The notes: generated by a model not told the origin, from the letters alone. A DNA stretch of 59,264 nucleotides from Candidatus Eiseniibacteriota bacterium (GCA_041946735.1 JBHGAY010000031.1:1-59264); one strand, 5' to 3'; counted from the first letter of the stretch, positions 10,062 through 20,050 are shown. Numbers and translations: made by a program.

Positions 10062-11909
10062 ATGACGAGTCTAACGATGCAGCATCGATCCCTCCTCCGC
10101 CCTGCCGTACTCGGGCTGTGGTTGGGGCTCCTCGCCCTCCTTTCGCCTCCCGGCGAGGCGTCCGGAGCGGGGCCGGATCCCGAGCGGGCGATCGAGGAAC
10201 AGGCGCGCTCGGGAGCCTGGGCGGCGCCCGGACCGGCCTGGCACCACCTGCTTCTCGCCGAGGAGGCGGCCCGCGCGGGCGATCGCGAAGCGGCGAGCTG
10301 CAACTACCGCCTTGCGACACAGCTCGATCCCGACCTGCTCGGAGCCTGGATCGGCCTCGCCCTGCAAGGCTTCCCCGACCGCCCGTCGATGATGGCGGAG
10401 GGGATCGCAGGAGCCGCGGGAGCGGTCGCGCACGGATGGGAAGCGCAGCGGCGCCTCTTCGCGGCGCTGCTGCCGCTGGCAGGGTGCGCGGCGGTTCTTG
10501 CGGCGATCCTGCTGCTCGCGGCGATCGGGCTCCGCCAGCTCCCCCGCAGCCTCCACGTGCTGACCGAGATCCTCGCGCGGCGGATCGGTCCGTCGCGCGG
10601 GGCGGGGCTCGCCATGCTCCTGGCGCTCGCCCCGCTCGGGGTGCGCTGGGGATTGCTTTCGGCCGCCGCCTTCTATGCGGCCCTCTCCTTCCGCGACCTG
10701 GCGCGGCGCGACCGCGTCCTGGCCGGCGTCACGGTGATCGGATTGCTCCTTCTCCCGCTCGCCTGGCGCCCCGTGAGCCGGCTGGCCGCGCCGATCGATC
10801 CCACCGGCGCGGCGTGGCTGATCGACCGCGCGCAGCGCGAGGTCCCCTCCCCCGAGCTGGAGGAGCAGATCGCCTCGCTCTCCGCGCCGTTCAGCGATCC
10901 CGCGGCGCACTTCGCACGCGGGATGCTCGATCGGAGGAACGGCCGCTTCCGTGAGGCAGCGGAGGAGTTCCGGGCTTCGGCGGATTCCGCGACCGGGAGA
11001 ACGATCGCCGCGCTCGCGCAGGTGAACCTCGGAAACCTCGACTTCTGGCTTGGCGATCCGACGGCTGCGGCGCGGGCCTACGAGCAGGTCCTCGACGAAG
11101 AGGCGGCGCGGCTGGAGGCCCGCTTCAATCTCGCGATCGCGATGAGCCAGCTTCACCGCTTCCGCGAGGCGGACGCGCATCTCGAGGAGGCGGAGCGGAT
11201 CGACCCGAGCCAGGTGCGTACCGCCACGCGCGGCGAAGGGCCGCGAGCCACGGCCAACGTGATGGACGGCGTGCTCTCCGCCGACGAGCTGTGGGCGCTC
11301 GAGCCCGAAGGAGGGATGCTGGCGCCGCCGGTCCTCTCCTGGATGCTGCCGAAGGGGTCGCCCGCGGCGGCCGTCCCGGCCCTGCTCGTCAGCCTGCTGC
11401 TCGGCGGGCTGATCGGGTCGCTCCTGCACCGGCAGCTCGTGATCCATTCCTGCCACCACTGCGGCGGACCGGTCTGCCGGCGCTGCCTGTTCCGCGTCGG
11501 CGGCCATCCGTACTGCGCGACCTGCGCGCAGCGGACGCTGCGGCTCGCGCCGGCCGAGCACAGCCGGATGCTGCTCTCCCACCTGCTCGACGAAGATCCG
11601 CGCCACGTGCTCCGCCGGCGCCTGGCCTCCGCGCTGCCGGGAGTCGGGCCGGTGCTCTGGGGCCGGACCTGGAGAGGCGCGTTGCTGCTGCCGCCGCTCT
11701 CGCTCGGAATCCTCCTCGTCACGCGCGCCGCCTGGCCGTTCCCTCCGTCGCCCAGCCTCGGCGCCCTCGAGACGGTGCTGCGGGTGCTTGGCGGGCTGCT
11801 CGTGGCGGGAGCCGCCGGCCTCTCGTTCCTGCTCGTGCATCATGCGCCGCGGCGCGGCAGCGTCGCACGCTTCTTCGGCTCCGACTTCGACAGGCGGAAG
11901 GCGGCCTAG
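10062..11909 (+). CDS. Multi-pass membrane TPR protein with Cys-rich Zn-finger
   Basis: Signal/TM segments, TPR-like AQVNLGNL and ARFNLAIA, CHHCGGPVCRRC...YCATC; start may be ATG 10077. Confidence 0.75.
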   Translation: MTSLTMQHRSLLRPAVLGLWLGLLALLSPPGEASGAGPDPERAIEEQARSGAWAAPGPAWHHLLLAEEAARAGDREAASCNYRLATQLDPDLLGAWIGLALQGFPDRPSMMAEGIAGAAGAVAHGWEAQRRLFAALLPLAGCAAVLAAILLLAAIGLRQLPRSLHVLTEILARRIGPSRGAGLAMLLALAPLGVRWGLLSAAAFYAALSFRDLARRDRVLAGVTVIGLLLLPLAWRPVSRLAAPIDPTGAAWLIDRAQREVPSPELEEQIASLSAPFSDPAAHFARGMLDRRNGRFREAAEEFRASADSATGRTIAALAQVNLGNLDFWLGDPTAAARAYEQVLDEEAARLEARFNLAIAMSQLHRFREADAHLEEAERIDPSQVRTATRGEGPRATANVMDGVLSADELWALEPEGGMLAPPVLSWMLPKGSPAAAVPALLVSLLLGGLIGSLLHRQLVIHSCHHCGGPVCRRCLFRVGGHPYCATCAQRTLRLAPAEHSRMLLSHLLDEDPRHVLRRRLASALPGVGPVLWGRTWRGALLLPPLSLGILLVTRAAWPFPPSPSLGALETVLRVLGGLLVAGAAGLSFLLVHHAPRRGSVARFFGSDFDRRKAA

Positions 11910-11945
11910 CCCGCGCGCGCGAGCGGCGGGCACGCGGGAGGCGCG

Positions 11946-12980
11946 ATGGCGGTGCAAGGCAGTCTGAGGGAGCTGAGCGTCCTCGAGGCGCTGCAGATGA
12001 TCGGGTCCCAGCGCAAGACCGCGACGCTCGAACTGGAATCCCCCGAAGGAAAGGTGCAGCTCCACTTCCGCGACGGCCTGCTCGTCGCCTCGCACCGTCG
12101 TGACGCCGCCGAGGGGGACGCCTTCCTCGACTCGCTCGTCGCGCTGGGGCACCTGAGCCCGACCGAGGCGGTGCGGATCGCGCACGACGTGCGGCAGGGA
12201 CGCGACCTGTGGACGCTGGCGCGCGAGATCGACTACCTCGACGAGGGGACGCTGCGCGAGGTGTACGGTCGCGCGACGGAGGCGACGCTCGACCGGGTCC
12301 TGCTCTGGGAGCGCGGCCACTTCGCGATCCTGTCCGCCGCGCCGGTCGAGCCGGTGCTGCGGCCCGGGCTCGGCTCCGACTCGATCCTTCTCGACTCGAT
12401 GCGCCGGCTCGACGAGCTGGCCGCGTGGCGCAGCGGCCCGCTGCCGCCCGATGCCGTCCCGTGCGTCTGCGGGCGCGAGGACGAGTTCGTCGGCGAGGAC
12501 CGCCTGCGCAGGGCCGTGCTGCGGCAGATCGACGGACGGCGGACGATCGAGCAGATCGGCGAGGCGACGCGGCTCGGCGCGTACGACGTCTACGGAACGA
12601 TCGCGGAAGGCTTGCAGGCGTCCTGCCTGCTCCTGCTGGACCTGCGGACCGGGGTTCGCGAGCCGGCGCCGGAGTCGGTCGCCCACCGCGAGGTGCACCG
12701 TCCGCGTGCGCTCGTGGTGCTCTCCCTTCTGCTCGCGGTCGGGCTCGGCGGCGCCTGGGTCGGACAGGAGCGGGGCGACGAGGACCGGCCATGGCAGCGG
12801 GCGCGGCGGAGCTGGGAGGAGATCGACCTGCGCAGGACGATCGAGGTCTACCGCCATCGCCACGGCGAGTATCCGGCGGCGCTCGCCTCCCTCGAGGCGG
12901 AACGCCTCCTACCGCACGACGCTGCGGCGCGCTGGCTCTACAGACCGGAAGGAAGCGCCTACCGGCTCTCGCCTCGCTGA
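11946..12980 (+). CDS. DUF4388 domain protein with TM helix and short pilin-like C-terminal domain
   Basis: MAVQGSLRELSVLEALQMI...KTATL...LHFRDG, LLWERGHF, LLDSMRRLDE are DUF4388-like; GGAGG RBS. Confidence 0.8.
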   Translation: MAVQGSLRELSVLEALQMIGSQRKTATLELESPEGKVQLHFRDGLLVASHRRDAAEGDAFLDSLVALGHLSPTEAVRIAHDVRQGRDLWTLAREIDYLDEGTLREVYGRATEATLDRVLLWERGHFAILSAAPVEPVLRPGLGSDSILLDSMRRLDELAAWRSGPLPPDAVPCVCGREDEFVGEDRLRRAVLRQIDGRRTIEQIGEATRLGAYDVYGTIAEGLQASCLLLLDLRTGVREPAPESVAHREVHRPRALVVLSLLLAVGLGGAWVGQERGDEDRPWQRARRSWEEIDLRRTIEVYRHRHGEYPAALASLEAERLLPHDAAARWLYRPEGSAYRLSPR

Positions 12981-13555
12981 CGCGCAGGCAGGGCGAGCAG
13001 CCACTCGACCGCCTGCCCGAGATCGTCCGCGACGAAGAGGACGTTGTCCCGCTCGCGCGAGGGAATCTTCGCCTCCTCCTCCCTACCGTATCCGGTCCTC
13101 ACGAGGATCCCGCGGCAGCCGAGCGGCGAGCCGGCGGCGAGATCCTCCAGCCGGTCGCCGACCACCCAGGAGCTGGGAAGGTCGATCGCGAGGCGCTCCG
13201 CCGCGCGGCGGAGCATGCCCGGAGCCGGCTTGCGGCATTCGCAATCCCCCGTGAAATCGGGATGGTGGGGACAGATCTCGATCCCCTCGAGATCGGCCCC
13301 GCCGGCGCGGAGCAGCTCGAGCATGCGGGCGTGGACCCGCTCGACCGCCGCCTCGTCGAAGAAGCCGCGCGCGATCCCGGACTGGTTGGAGACGACGATG
13401 CGCGCGTAGCCCGCCTCCCCGAGGCGGAGGAGCGCGCGCGCGGCGCCTGGCACGAGGCGTACGCGCCCGGCATCGTGGAGGTAGGGGACGAGGTCGAGGA
13501 TCGTGCCGTCGCGGTCGAGGAAGACGGCGGGGCGAGAGGCCGGCAGGGCGTTCAT
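12959..13555 (-). CDS. gmhB: D-glycero-D-manno-heptose 1,7-bisphosphate phosphatase
   Basis: HAD motif FLDRDGT, VSNQSGIARG, CPHHP...CECRKPAPGM, VGDRLEDL; ATGA overlap with waaF. Confidence 0.92.
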   Translation of the reverse strand: MNALPASRPAVFLDRDGTILDLVPYLHDAGRVRLVPGAARALLRLGEAGYARIVVSNQSGIARGFFDEAAVERVHARMLELLRAGGADLEGIEICPHHPDFTGDCECRKPAPGMLRRAAERLAIDLPSSWVVGDRLEDLAAGSPLGCRGILVRTGYGREEEAKIPSRERDNVLFVADDLGQAVEWLLALPARQRGESR

Positions 13556-14652
13556 GGAGTCTCGCCGGCGCGCGGGCGGCTTGCGGCCGCCGGATCGCGA
13601 AGCATCGGCTGGAGCGTCTCGTGCACCGCGGCGGCCCCGAGGTCCCGCAGGCATTCGATCTGCGTCGGGCAGCGGCGCGCGTAGCAGGGCGAGCAGGAGA
13701 GGCCGAGCGTGAGCGCGCGCGACGCGGGGCCGAGCGGGCCGGTCCAGCGGGGATTCGTCGAGCCGAAGATCCCCAGGACCGGGCGGCCCGAAGCGGCGGC
13801 GAGATGCATCGCGCCGGAATCGTTGCTGACGTGCGCGCGCAAGAGGCTCATGACGGCGAGACTCTGGCGGATCGCCAGCGTTCCCGCCAGCGGGAAGACG
13901 GCGCCGGGGAGCGCGTCGGCGATCGCTGCGGCGGCCGCGCGCTCGGCCGTCCCGCCGAAGACGGCGATCGAGAATCCCGAGGAGGCGAGACGCGAGCCGA
14001 GATCGATCCAGGAGCGCAGCGGCCAGCGCTTCGTCTCTCCGTAGGTCGCCCCCGGCGCGAATCCGATCGCGGTCTCGGGCCGGCAGCCGACGGCTTCGAG
14101 CCGGCGGGCGGCGGCGCGGCGCTCGTCGTCCCCGATCGGGAGGGAAGGATCGAGGGGCGTCGCGGGATCGGCGCCGAGGCGCGCCGCCAGGTCGAGGTAG
14201 TGCTGCGCGAGATGGCGCGAGCGGTCGGGCTCCGGCAGGCGATCGGTGAGGAGGAGCGCGCGCCCGCCCGTCGCGAGCCCGGCCCGGTGCGGAACGCGCG
14301 CGAGCGCGAACGGCAAGGCTGCGCGGAAGGAGCGGCCGAGCACGAGCGCCTCGGAGAGCGAGAGATCGCGAAGCCGCCGCGCGAGCGCGAAGGGACCGAA
14401 GAGACCGCGATCGCGCGCCACCAAGAGCCCGTCGGCCCCCCACCGCCCGTAGAGCGGCACGCTCTGCTCGCTGCCGATCAGGATCCAGCGGACGCCCGGG
14501 CGGGCGGCGCGGAGCGCGGCGAGCGCGGGAGCGGCCATCGCCGCGTCACCGATCCAGTTCGGCAGGCGCACCGCGATCGTCTCCCGTGCAATCGCCTCGC
14601 TTGCGATCGTCTCTCTAGCGATCGTCTCTCTCCGGATCCCGCGTCCGCTCAT
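13552..14652 (-). CDS. waaF: LPS heptosyltransferase II (GT9)
   Basis: RLPNWIGDAAMA, APGATYGETKRWP, VSNDSGAMHLAAA, IFGSTNP, CSPC; start may be 14718 (ATGA overlap). Confidence 0.9.
   Translation of the reverse strand: MSGRGIRRETIARETIASEAIARETIAVRLPNWIGDAAMAAPALAALRAARPGVRWILIGSEQSVPLYGRWGADGLLVARDRGLFGPFALARRLRDLSLSEALVLGRSFRAALPFALARVPHRAGLATGGRALLLTDRLPEPDRSRHLAQHYLDLAARLGADPATPLDPSLPIGDDERRAAARRLEAVGCRPETAIGFAPGATYGETKRWPLRSWIDLGSRLASSGFSIAVFGGTAERAAAAAIADALPGAVFPLAGTLAIRQSLAVMSLLRAHVSNDSGAMHLAAASGRPVLGIFGSTNPRWTGPLGPASRALTLGLSCSPCYARRCPTQIECLRDLGAAAVHETLQPMLRDPAAASRPRAGETP
14573..14632. repeat. 15-nt tandem repeat x4 encoding RETIA/RETIA/SEAIA/RETIA at the WaaF N-terminus
   Basis: gcgatcgtctcccgt gcaatcgcctcgctt gcgatcgtctctcta gcgatcgtctctctc. 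Confidence 0.85.
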
Positions 14653-14714
14653 CGCCTCGCTCTCCCGATCGCTCGCGCCACTCGCGCTCGTCGCGCTCAT
14701 CGCCGTCGTCGCGG

Positions 14715-16727
14715 TCATCGCGCTGGCTCCGGGGGCGCGGCGCGCTGCGACTGGCGGAGCGACTCCTCGGCGAGACGCGACCGCGCGAGCGCGAGCGCAT
14801 CTTCCGCCTGCGCCCGCTTCGCCGGGTCGCTCTCGCGCTCGAGATAGGCGCGCAGCGCCTCGACCGCGAGCGCCCAGTCCTCCTCCAGTCCCGCCGCGCG
14901 GGCGAGATCGAAGTGCGCCGGCGCGAACTCAGGATGCTCCTGCAACAGCCTCCGCAGCTCGATCAGCGCGCGCCCTCCGATCCCTGCGTCGAGGTAGGCC
15001 CTCGCCAGACCATAGCGCAGCTCGAGCGAGGACGGATCGCGCCGCAGCCCGTTCTCGAACGCGTCCGCCGCGCCTTTGGCGTCTCCGAGCTGCAACAGGA
15101 TCGAGCCGGTCGCCGCCCAAAGTCCCGCCGCCTGCGGACTCCAGCCGCGCGCCAGCCGCAGAAGCTCGATGGCGGTCTGCGGATCGCCCGTGCGGCCGAG
15201 GAAGGTGGCGAGGTCGATCAGGAAGCCCGCCTCGAACGGTCCGCCGCGAATCGCGCTCCACGCCTGCGTCCCGTTCTCCGGACTCCACGGAGGGCCTGAG
15301 CGAAGGCGAAAGAGCAGGAGCGCGTTTCGATCCCGCAGATCGCCGACGCGCGCGAGGGCATCGGCATGTTGCGGCAGCGCGTAGAGCAGGGCGCGTCCAC
15401 CGGGACGGTTCGTCGCGCCGGCCAGCGTTTCGAGCGTGCGCGCCGAGACGAGCAGGTGGGTGAACGAGCCGTACCATCCGGGCCACCAGGCGAAGTCCCA
15501 GACCTCGGGTCTCTCCGCGTGCGCCGGAAGCGGAAACGCCGCGACCGAGTCGAAGACCGACGGCGGGAGGGAAGGGTCGACGAGCAGCCGGCCGCCACGG
15601 CCGACCTCGCGGGCGACGATCGCCGCCATCCGCTCGACGCGTCCCCGGCGCTGCGATTCGGAGCGGAGCGTCGTCACGCTCCCCCACGCGAGGAATGCGA
15701 GCAGGAGGACCGCCGCGCCGGCCGCGATCTGCGCGCGCGAGCGCCGCGCCGTCTCGCCGAGCCAGGCCGCGCCGACCGCCGCGAGCACCGCCGTCCCCGG
15801 CGCGACGAGACCGACCGGTTCCGGCGAGCGCGCGCCGAGGATCGCAGGGAGGATCCAGAGCGCCAGCGCCCAGGCGAGGAGGATGCGCAGCGCGCGATCG
15901 CGCCGGGCGCGCGGCCATGCGCAGGCGACGAGGAGCAGACCGACCGGCCCCGCGGTCCACGAGGCGACGAGCAGGCGGGCGGGCGGGCCGGCGCCGATCC
16001 CCGGCCATACGGAGGGACGGAGAGAGGCGAAGGCGGCGGGAAGCGCCGAGCCGGGGTCGGTCAGCCGCGCCGGATCGAGGGCGAACCAGATCGGGATGGC
16101 GATCAGCAGCGCGAGGCGCAGGCGAGCATTCCCCAGGATGGCGGCGAGGAGCGCGAGGATCCACCCCAGCGGAGTGAGCGATAGCAGCGCGCCCCATCCG
16201 ACCGCGGGACGGAACAGCGCGCGAGAGCCGGAGAGCAGCGGCAGCAGGACGGCCAGCGCAAGCGGCGCGGCGAGGACCCAGGCCTCTAGCCGCCACGTCC
16301 CGCCGAGGGAGACGGGGAGAAGCGCGGCGAAGAGCCCCGCCACGAGGCCGCGCCATCCTCGTCCCGCGATCCGGTACGCGAGGAGGGAGCCTGCGGCGCC
16401 CGCGAGGAGCCAGAAGATCCAGAGAACGTCGCGCCAGAGCGACGCCTGTTCGCGGATCCATGCGACGCGGTCGAGGCCGCCGCGCCCACCCCCGACCGCG
16501 ACGGCGGCCGCGGCGAAGTTCTGTGCGATCGCGAGCGGAAGGGCGACGACCAGGTCCTGGCGCGCGGGTCCAGCGTCCTCGGGGAGAGCGATCCCTTGCA
16601 GGAGGAGCGCGCCCCGGATCCACGGAGCCGCCGCGGGCGGGTCGGGGCGCACCGGGAGGCGCACGGCGAGGGAGAGAAGGACACACACGGCCGGCAGCCA
16701 GAGCGTCGCGCGCGGCCGGATCCTCAT
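14715..16727 (-). CDS. Polytopic membrane protein with C-terminal TPR repeats
   Basis: Many hydrophobic segments in the N-terminal ~350 aa; TPR-like LRYGLARAYL and AHFDLARA; tightly packed between neighbours. Confidence 0.7.
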   Translation of the reverse strand: MRIRPRATLWLPAVCVLLSLAVRLPVRPDPPAAAPWIRGALLLQGIALPEDAGPARQDLVVALPLAIAQNFAAAAVAVGGGRGGLDRVAWIREQASLWRDVLWIFWLLAGAAGSLLAYRIAGRGWRGLVAGLFAALLPVSLGGTWRLEAWVLAAPLALAVLLPLLSGSRALFRPAVGWGALLSLTPLGWILALLAAILGNARLRLALLIAIPIWFALDPARLTDPGSALPAAFASLRPSVWPGIGAGPPARLLVASWTAGPVGLLLVACAWPRARRDRALRILLAWALALWILPAILGARSPEPVGLVAPGTAVLAAVGAAWLGETARRSRAQIAAGAAVLLLAFLAWGSVTTLRSESQRRGRVERMAAIVAREVGRGGRLLVDPSLPPSVFDSVAAFPLPAHAERPEVWDFAWWPGWYGSFTHLLVSARTLETLAGATNRPGGRALLYALPQHADALARVGDLRDRNALLLFRLRSGPPWSPENGTQAWSAIRGGPFEAGFLIDLATFLGRTGDPQTAIELLRLARGWSPQAAGLWAATGSILLQLGDAKGAADAFENGLRRDPSSLELRYGLARAYLDAGIGGRALIELRRLLQEHPEFAPAHFDLARAAGLEEDWALAVEALRAYLERESDPAKRAQAEDALALARSRLAEESLRQSQRAAPPEPAR

Positions 16728-16735
16728 CGCCGTCG

Positions 16736-19700
16736 TTAGAAGTCGCTTCCGACCGAGAAGGAGCCTCGCAGATCTCCCAGGTTGTTTCGCAGGTCGGTGC
16801 GTTGCGCGAGGTCCCAGCGGAGGATCGCGAAGCCGATGTTCATTGCGGCCGAAAGGCCATAGCTCGCCTTGACGTCTCCCAGGCGGAAGGAGCCGCCGGG
16901 CGCGATGACGCGCAGGTGATCGTGCTGCCGCCAGGCGGCGCCGGCGTCGAAGAAGATCGCGCCGCGCACGCCGCGCAGCCCGATCGGCAGCGGCCAGCCG
17001 AGTTGCAGCGTCTCGATCAACGGGAAGCGGAACTCGAGGTTCAGGAGACCCACGTTGCTGCCGTCCAGGTCTCCGTACGGATAGCCGCGCAACGTGTACG
17101 GACCGCCGATGCGGAACGTCTGCGGATCGCGCCCCTGGCTCGATGCCCCGACCATGCGGGCGGCGAACGCGTAACTCTGGCGGACGTTCCAGTAGTGGCG
17201 GCGGTCCACGATCCAGCGGGTCGATTGGACGTCTCCGAGCGAGACGTCGAAGCTCAAGCGGCTGCGCGCCCCGCTGATCGGCCCCGTGATCCCGTAGACG
17301 GTGTTGTCCTCGACCAGCGCGATCCCCGGCCTCGCGAAGTAGAGATTGTTCTCCTCGGTCGGCTTCTCGTAGAAGATCCCGCTGCCGTAGTACGCCTCCT
17401 GGTACACCTTCTCGGCCACCTGCAGCCCTTCGATGTTCAGCTCGATGCGACGGAAGCGGTCCGAGGGACGGGAGAGAGTGAGGTTGACGCCGCGGTAGAT
17501 CTGGCTGACGAACTCGTCGGTCGACTGCGCGGTCGTCAGGAAAAAGTCGTCGCGGAGTTGATAGAGCGCGATGCCGTAGTTGATCCGGTTCGCCAGGTTG
17601 ACGTATTCGAAGAGGAGATCCGAGTCGGAGAGAGAGCCGTAGATGCTGGCGCCGATCACCAGATTGTGGTTCCCGAGCACGTCGGAGAAGCCGAGCAGCG
17701 TCTGCGCCGCCACGCCGACGTTGGAGGCGAAGAAGCCGCTCGCCGCCGCGTAATCGATCGTGAAGTGAACGCGATAGTCGTCGATCTTGAATCCGCTCGT
17801 GTCGGGAAGCGAGCGATAGAGGGCGAACACCTCGCCGATCCGGGTCGGGCGTTCGGAGAGCGAATCGTCGAAGGATGCGACCGCGAGGCGCCGGTCGGGA
17901 CGGCGGAAGAGGATCGAGTCGGGCTCGGCGGCTCGCAGCGAGTCGGCGGAAGGAGGAGAGGCCGGCGGCGTGGGCGATGGCTCCGGCGAGGCCGGCGGCG
18001 CGGGCGATGGCTCCGGCGATGCCGGCGGCGCGGGCGTCGGCTCCGCCGCGGGCGGCGGAGGACCGGCAACGGAGGCGAGCGTATCGGGCTCGCCTGCCGA
18101 ATCCAGACTGGGCGCCTGCGCCGGCTCCGGCTCCGGCGCACGGCTATCCGGGCCGTGCGATGGCGCCAGGGGATCCCGCGAGGCGGTCAGCGGGCCCGGA
18201 GAGGCGGGCGGCGGCGCCGCGATGCCAGCGGAGCTATCCGCTTCGCTCTCTCCTGCCGCTTCTCCGCGGGCGACGTCGAAGCGGGCGAGCGAGAGCGGAT
18301 CCTTGATCGCGTAGAGGTCCCAGCTTCCCCGGGTGAAGCACGAGAAGACGCACCGGGAGCCGTCGCGCGCGAGGCTCACCGCAGGCGCGAGCGGGATGAT
18401 CCCGGTGACGCCCGTCAGGATGTCGGTGATCCGCGCGTCGGCGTGCGACGCGAGATCGCGGACGTAGAGGTTCGGGATCCCGGTGCGGTCGGAGACATAC
18501 AGGATGTGCCGCCCGTCGGGGAAATAGTGCGGAGCGGTGTTCGACCCGGTCATGCCGGGAAGCGGCGTGATCCGGCCGCTCGGAAGGTCGAGGATCGCGA
18601 GCGTCGGCTTCGAGAAGAGCAGGTTCCGGAAGTCGGTCTCCGGTCCCTGATCGGTGACGAAGAGGATCGAGCGATCGTCGGGCGAGAAGCGCGGCGACTG
18701 CGCAAGGAAGCGGTCGTTCGTCAGCCGCTCGTAGTCCCGCCCGTCCACGCGGCATCGATACAGGTCGCTCCGTCCCCCATCGAGCCCGACGAAGACGATC
18801 CAGTCGCCGTCGTTCGAGAAGGAGGGATTCTGAATCCCGTCGAGCGGGAAGTCGATCTTGCGCAGGATCTTTCCGTCCCGCAGACGCTGCAGGTAGATCG
18901 CGTCGCGCGCGCCCGCCTTCGCAGCGAAGGCGACCGTCTTGCCGTCCGGCGAGAAGTCCATCGACGCGTTCAGGAATCGGAGCGATTCGAACTCGGCGCG
19001 CCTCTCCCCCTGGATCAGCCGCTTCTGCACGCGGCCGTCGAGCGCGCTCGCCAGATAGAGGGCGTTGTAGAGCGAGTGGTCGGAGAGGTAGACCATGTCC
19101 GCGCCGTTGGGCGACACGGCGGGGGCGAGGTGGTAGCTGGCCGAGGAGCGCTGCGCGTCGGTGAGGCGGCGCGCGAAGTCCTCCGGCTTGTGGTGCTCGG
19201 CGATCGTCGGAAGGTAGGTCTTCCGGACGTTCTCCATCCAGTCGTCGCTGAAACGCTCGAGCGTCATTCCGAGGACGTCCTGGAAGGCCCGCTCGGCCGA
19301 CCGGGTGGACGCCACGCGCTTGAGCAGCTCGCCGATCCTGTCGTCGCCGAACGTCGCCCCGATGTAGGAGAAGATCGACTGGCCGAAGCGGTAGATCCGG
19401 ATGTCGTAGACGTTCGAGAGGACGTCGAGCGGAATCAGGTAGCCCTGCAACGACGCGTCGCGCAGCCACATCTCGGTCAGGTTGTCCACCTTCGTGACCG
19501 AGAGATACTCCGCCATCCCCTCCATGAACCACAGAGGAGGGACGTAGGGCGTGCCGAGCGGGTTGGCCAGTCCGCGATCGCCGCTGCCGAAGAGGATGTC
19601 GACCTGGAAGGCGTGCACCAGCTCGTGCGTCAGGACGTGATCGAGATCGTCGTAGCCGCCGGTGAACGGAAGGGTCACGCGCCGCTTCTGGTATTCCGTG

Positions 19701-20050
19701 AAGCCGCCCGTTCCCTCACCGATCAGCTCCGGGCTGATGTTCGTCGTCTGGAAATCGCTGGGGGACGCGTAGAGGATCAGCGGGATCTTCTGCTCGATGT
19801 CGTGACGGAGGATCGTCGAGAGGCGCGTGTACGCGCGCTCGGCCATCCGGGCCCCGTCGACCGCCGCCTCGCGCTCGCTCGAGTAGAAGTGGACGAGGAA
19901 GTGGTCCGTCTCGAGAACGGCCCAGTCGAGGTCCTTGTACTGGACCTTGTTCTGCCCGAACCCCTGCGCCCGCGCCTGCGCCGCCGCGCCCGCCCCGGCC
20001 AGGAGCAGCAGTACGAGGGGAACGAGCCAACGCAGCGTACGAAACGGCAT
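16736..20050 (-). CDS. Omp85/BamA-type barrel fused to N-terminal HEXXH metallopeptidase and TolB-like (PD40) propeller
   Basis: Signal peptide then FGQNKVQY; THELVH and PLWFMEGMAEY; repeats PAVSPNG, FSPDGK, PSFSNDG, PRFSPDD; GGPYTLRGY lid motif; terminal Phe (FSVGSDF). Confidence 0.88.
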   Translation of the reverse strand: MPFRTLRWLVPLVLLLLAGAGAAAQARAQGFGQNKVQYKDLDWAVLETDHFLVHFYSSEREAAVDGARMAERAYTRLSTILRHDIEQKIPLILYASPSDFQTTNISPELIGEGTGGFTEYQKRRVTLPFTGGYDDLDHVLTHELVHAFQVDILFGSGDRGLANPLGTPYVPPLWFMEGMAEYLSVTKVDNLTEMWLRDASLQGYLIPLDVLSNVYDIRIYRFGQSIFSYIGATFGDDRIGELLKRVASTRSAERAFQDVLGMTLERFSDDWMENVRKTYLPTIAEHHKPEDFARRLTDAQRSSASYHLAPAVSPNGADMVYLSDHSLYNALYLASALDGRVQKRLIQGERRAEFESLRFLNASMDFSPDGKTVAFAAKAGARDAIYLQRLRDGKILRKIDFPLDGIQNPSFSNDGDWIVFVGLDGGRSDLYRCRVDGRDYERLTNDRFLAQSPRFSPDDRSILFVTDQGPETDFRNLLFSKPTLAILDLPSGRITPLPGMTGSNTAPHYFPDGRHILYVSDRTGIPNLYVRDLASHADARITDILTGVTGIIPLAPAVSLARDGSRCVFSCFTRGSWDLYAIKDPLSLARFDVARGEAAGESEADSSAGIAAPPPASPGPLTASRDPLAPSHGPDSRAPEPEPAQAPSLDSAGEPDTLASVAGPPPPAAEPTPAPPASPEPSPAPPASPEPSPTPPASPPSADSLRAAEPDSILFRRPDRRLAVASFDDSLSERPTRIGEVFALYRSLPDTSGFKIDDYRVHFTIDYAAASGFFASNVGVAAQTLLGFSDVLGNHNLVIGASIYGSLSDSDLLFEYVNLANRINYGIALYQLRDDFFLTTAQSTDEFVSQIYRGVNLTLSRPSDRFRRIELNIEGLQVAEKVYQEAYYGSGIFYEKPTEENNLYFARPGIALVEDNTVYGITGPISGARSRLSFDVSLGDVQSTRWIVDRRHYWNVRQSYAFAARMVGASSQGRDPQTFRIGGPYTLRGYPYGDLDGSNVGLLNLEFRFPLIETLQLGWPLPIGLRGVRGAIFFDAGAAWRQHDHLRVIAPGGSFRLGDVKASYGLSAAMNIGFAILRWDLAQRTDLRNNLGDLRGSFSVGSDF
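17958..18047. repeat. 30-nt tandem repeat x3 encoding a Pro-rich linker (PEPSPAPPAS)
   Basis: gaggccggcggcgtgggcgatggctccggc / gaggccggcggcgcgggcgatggctccggc / gatgccggcggcgcgggcgtcggctccgcc. Confidence 0.88.
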
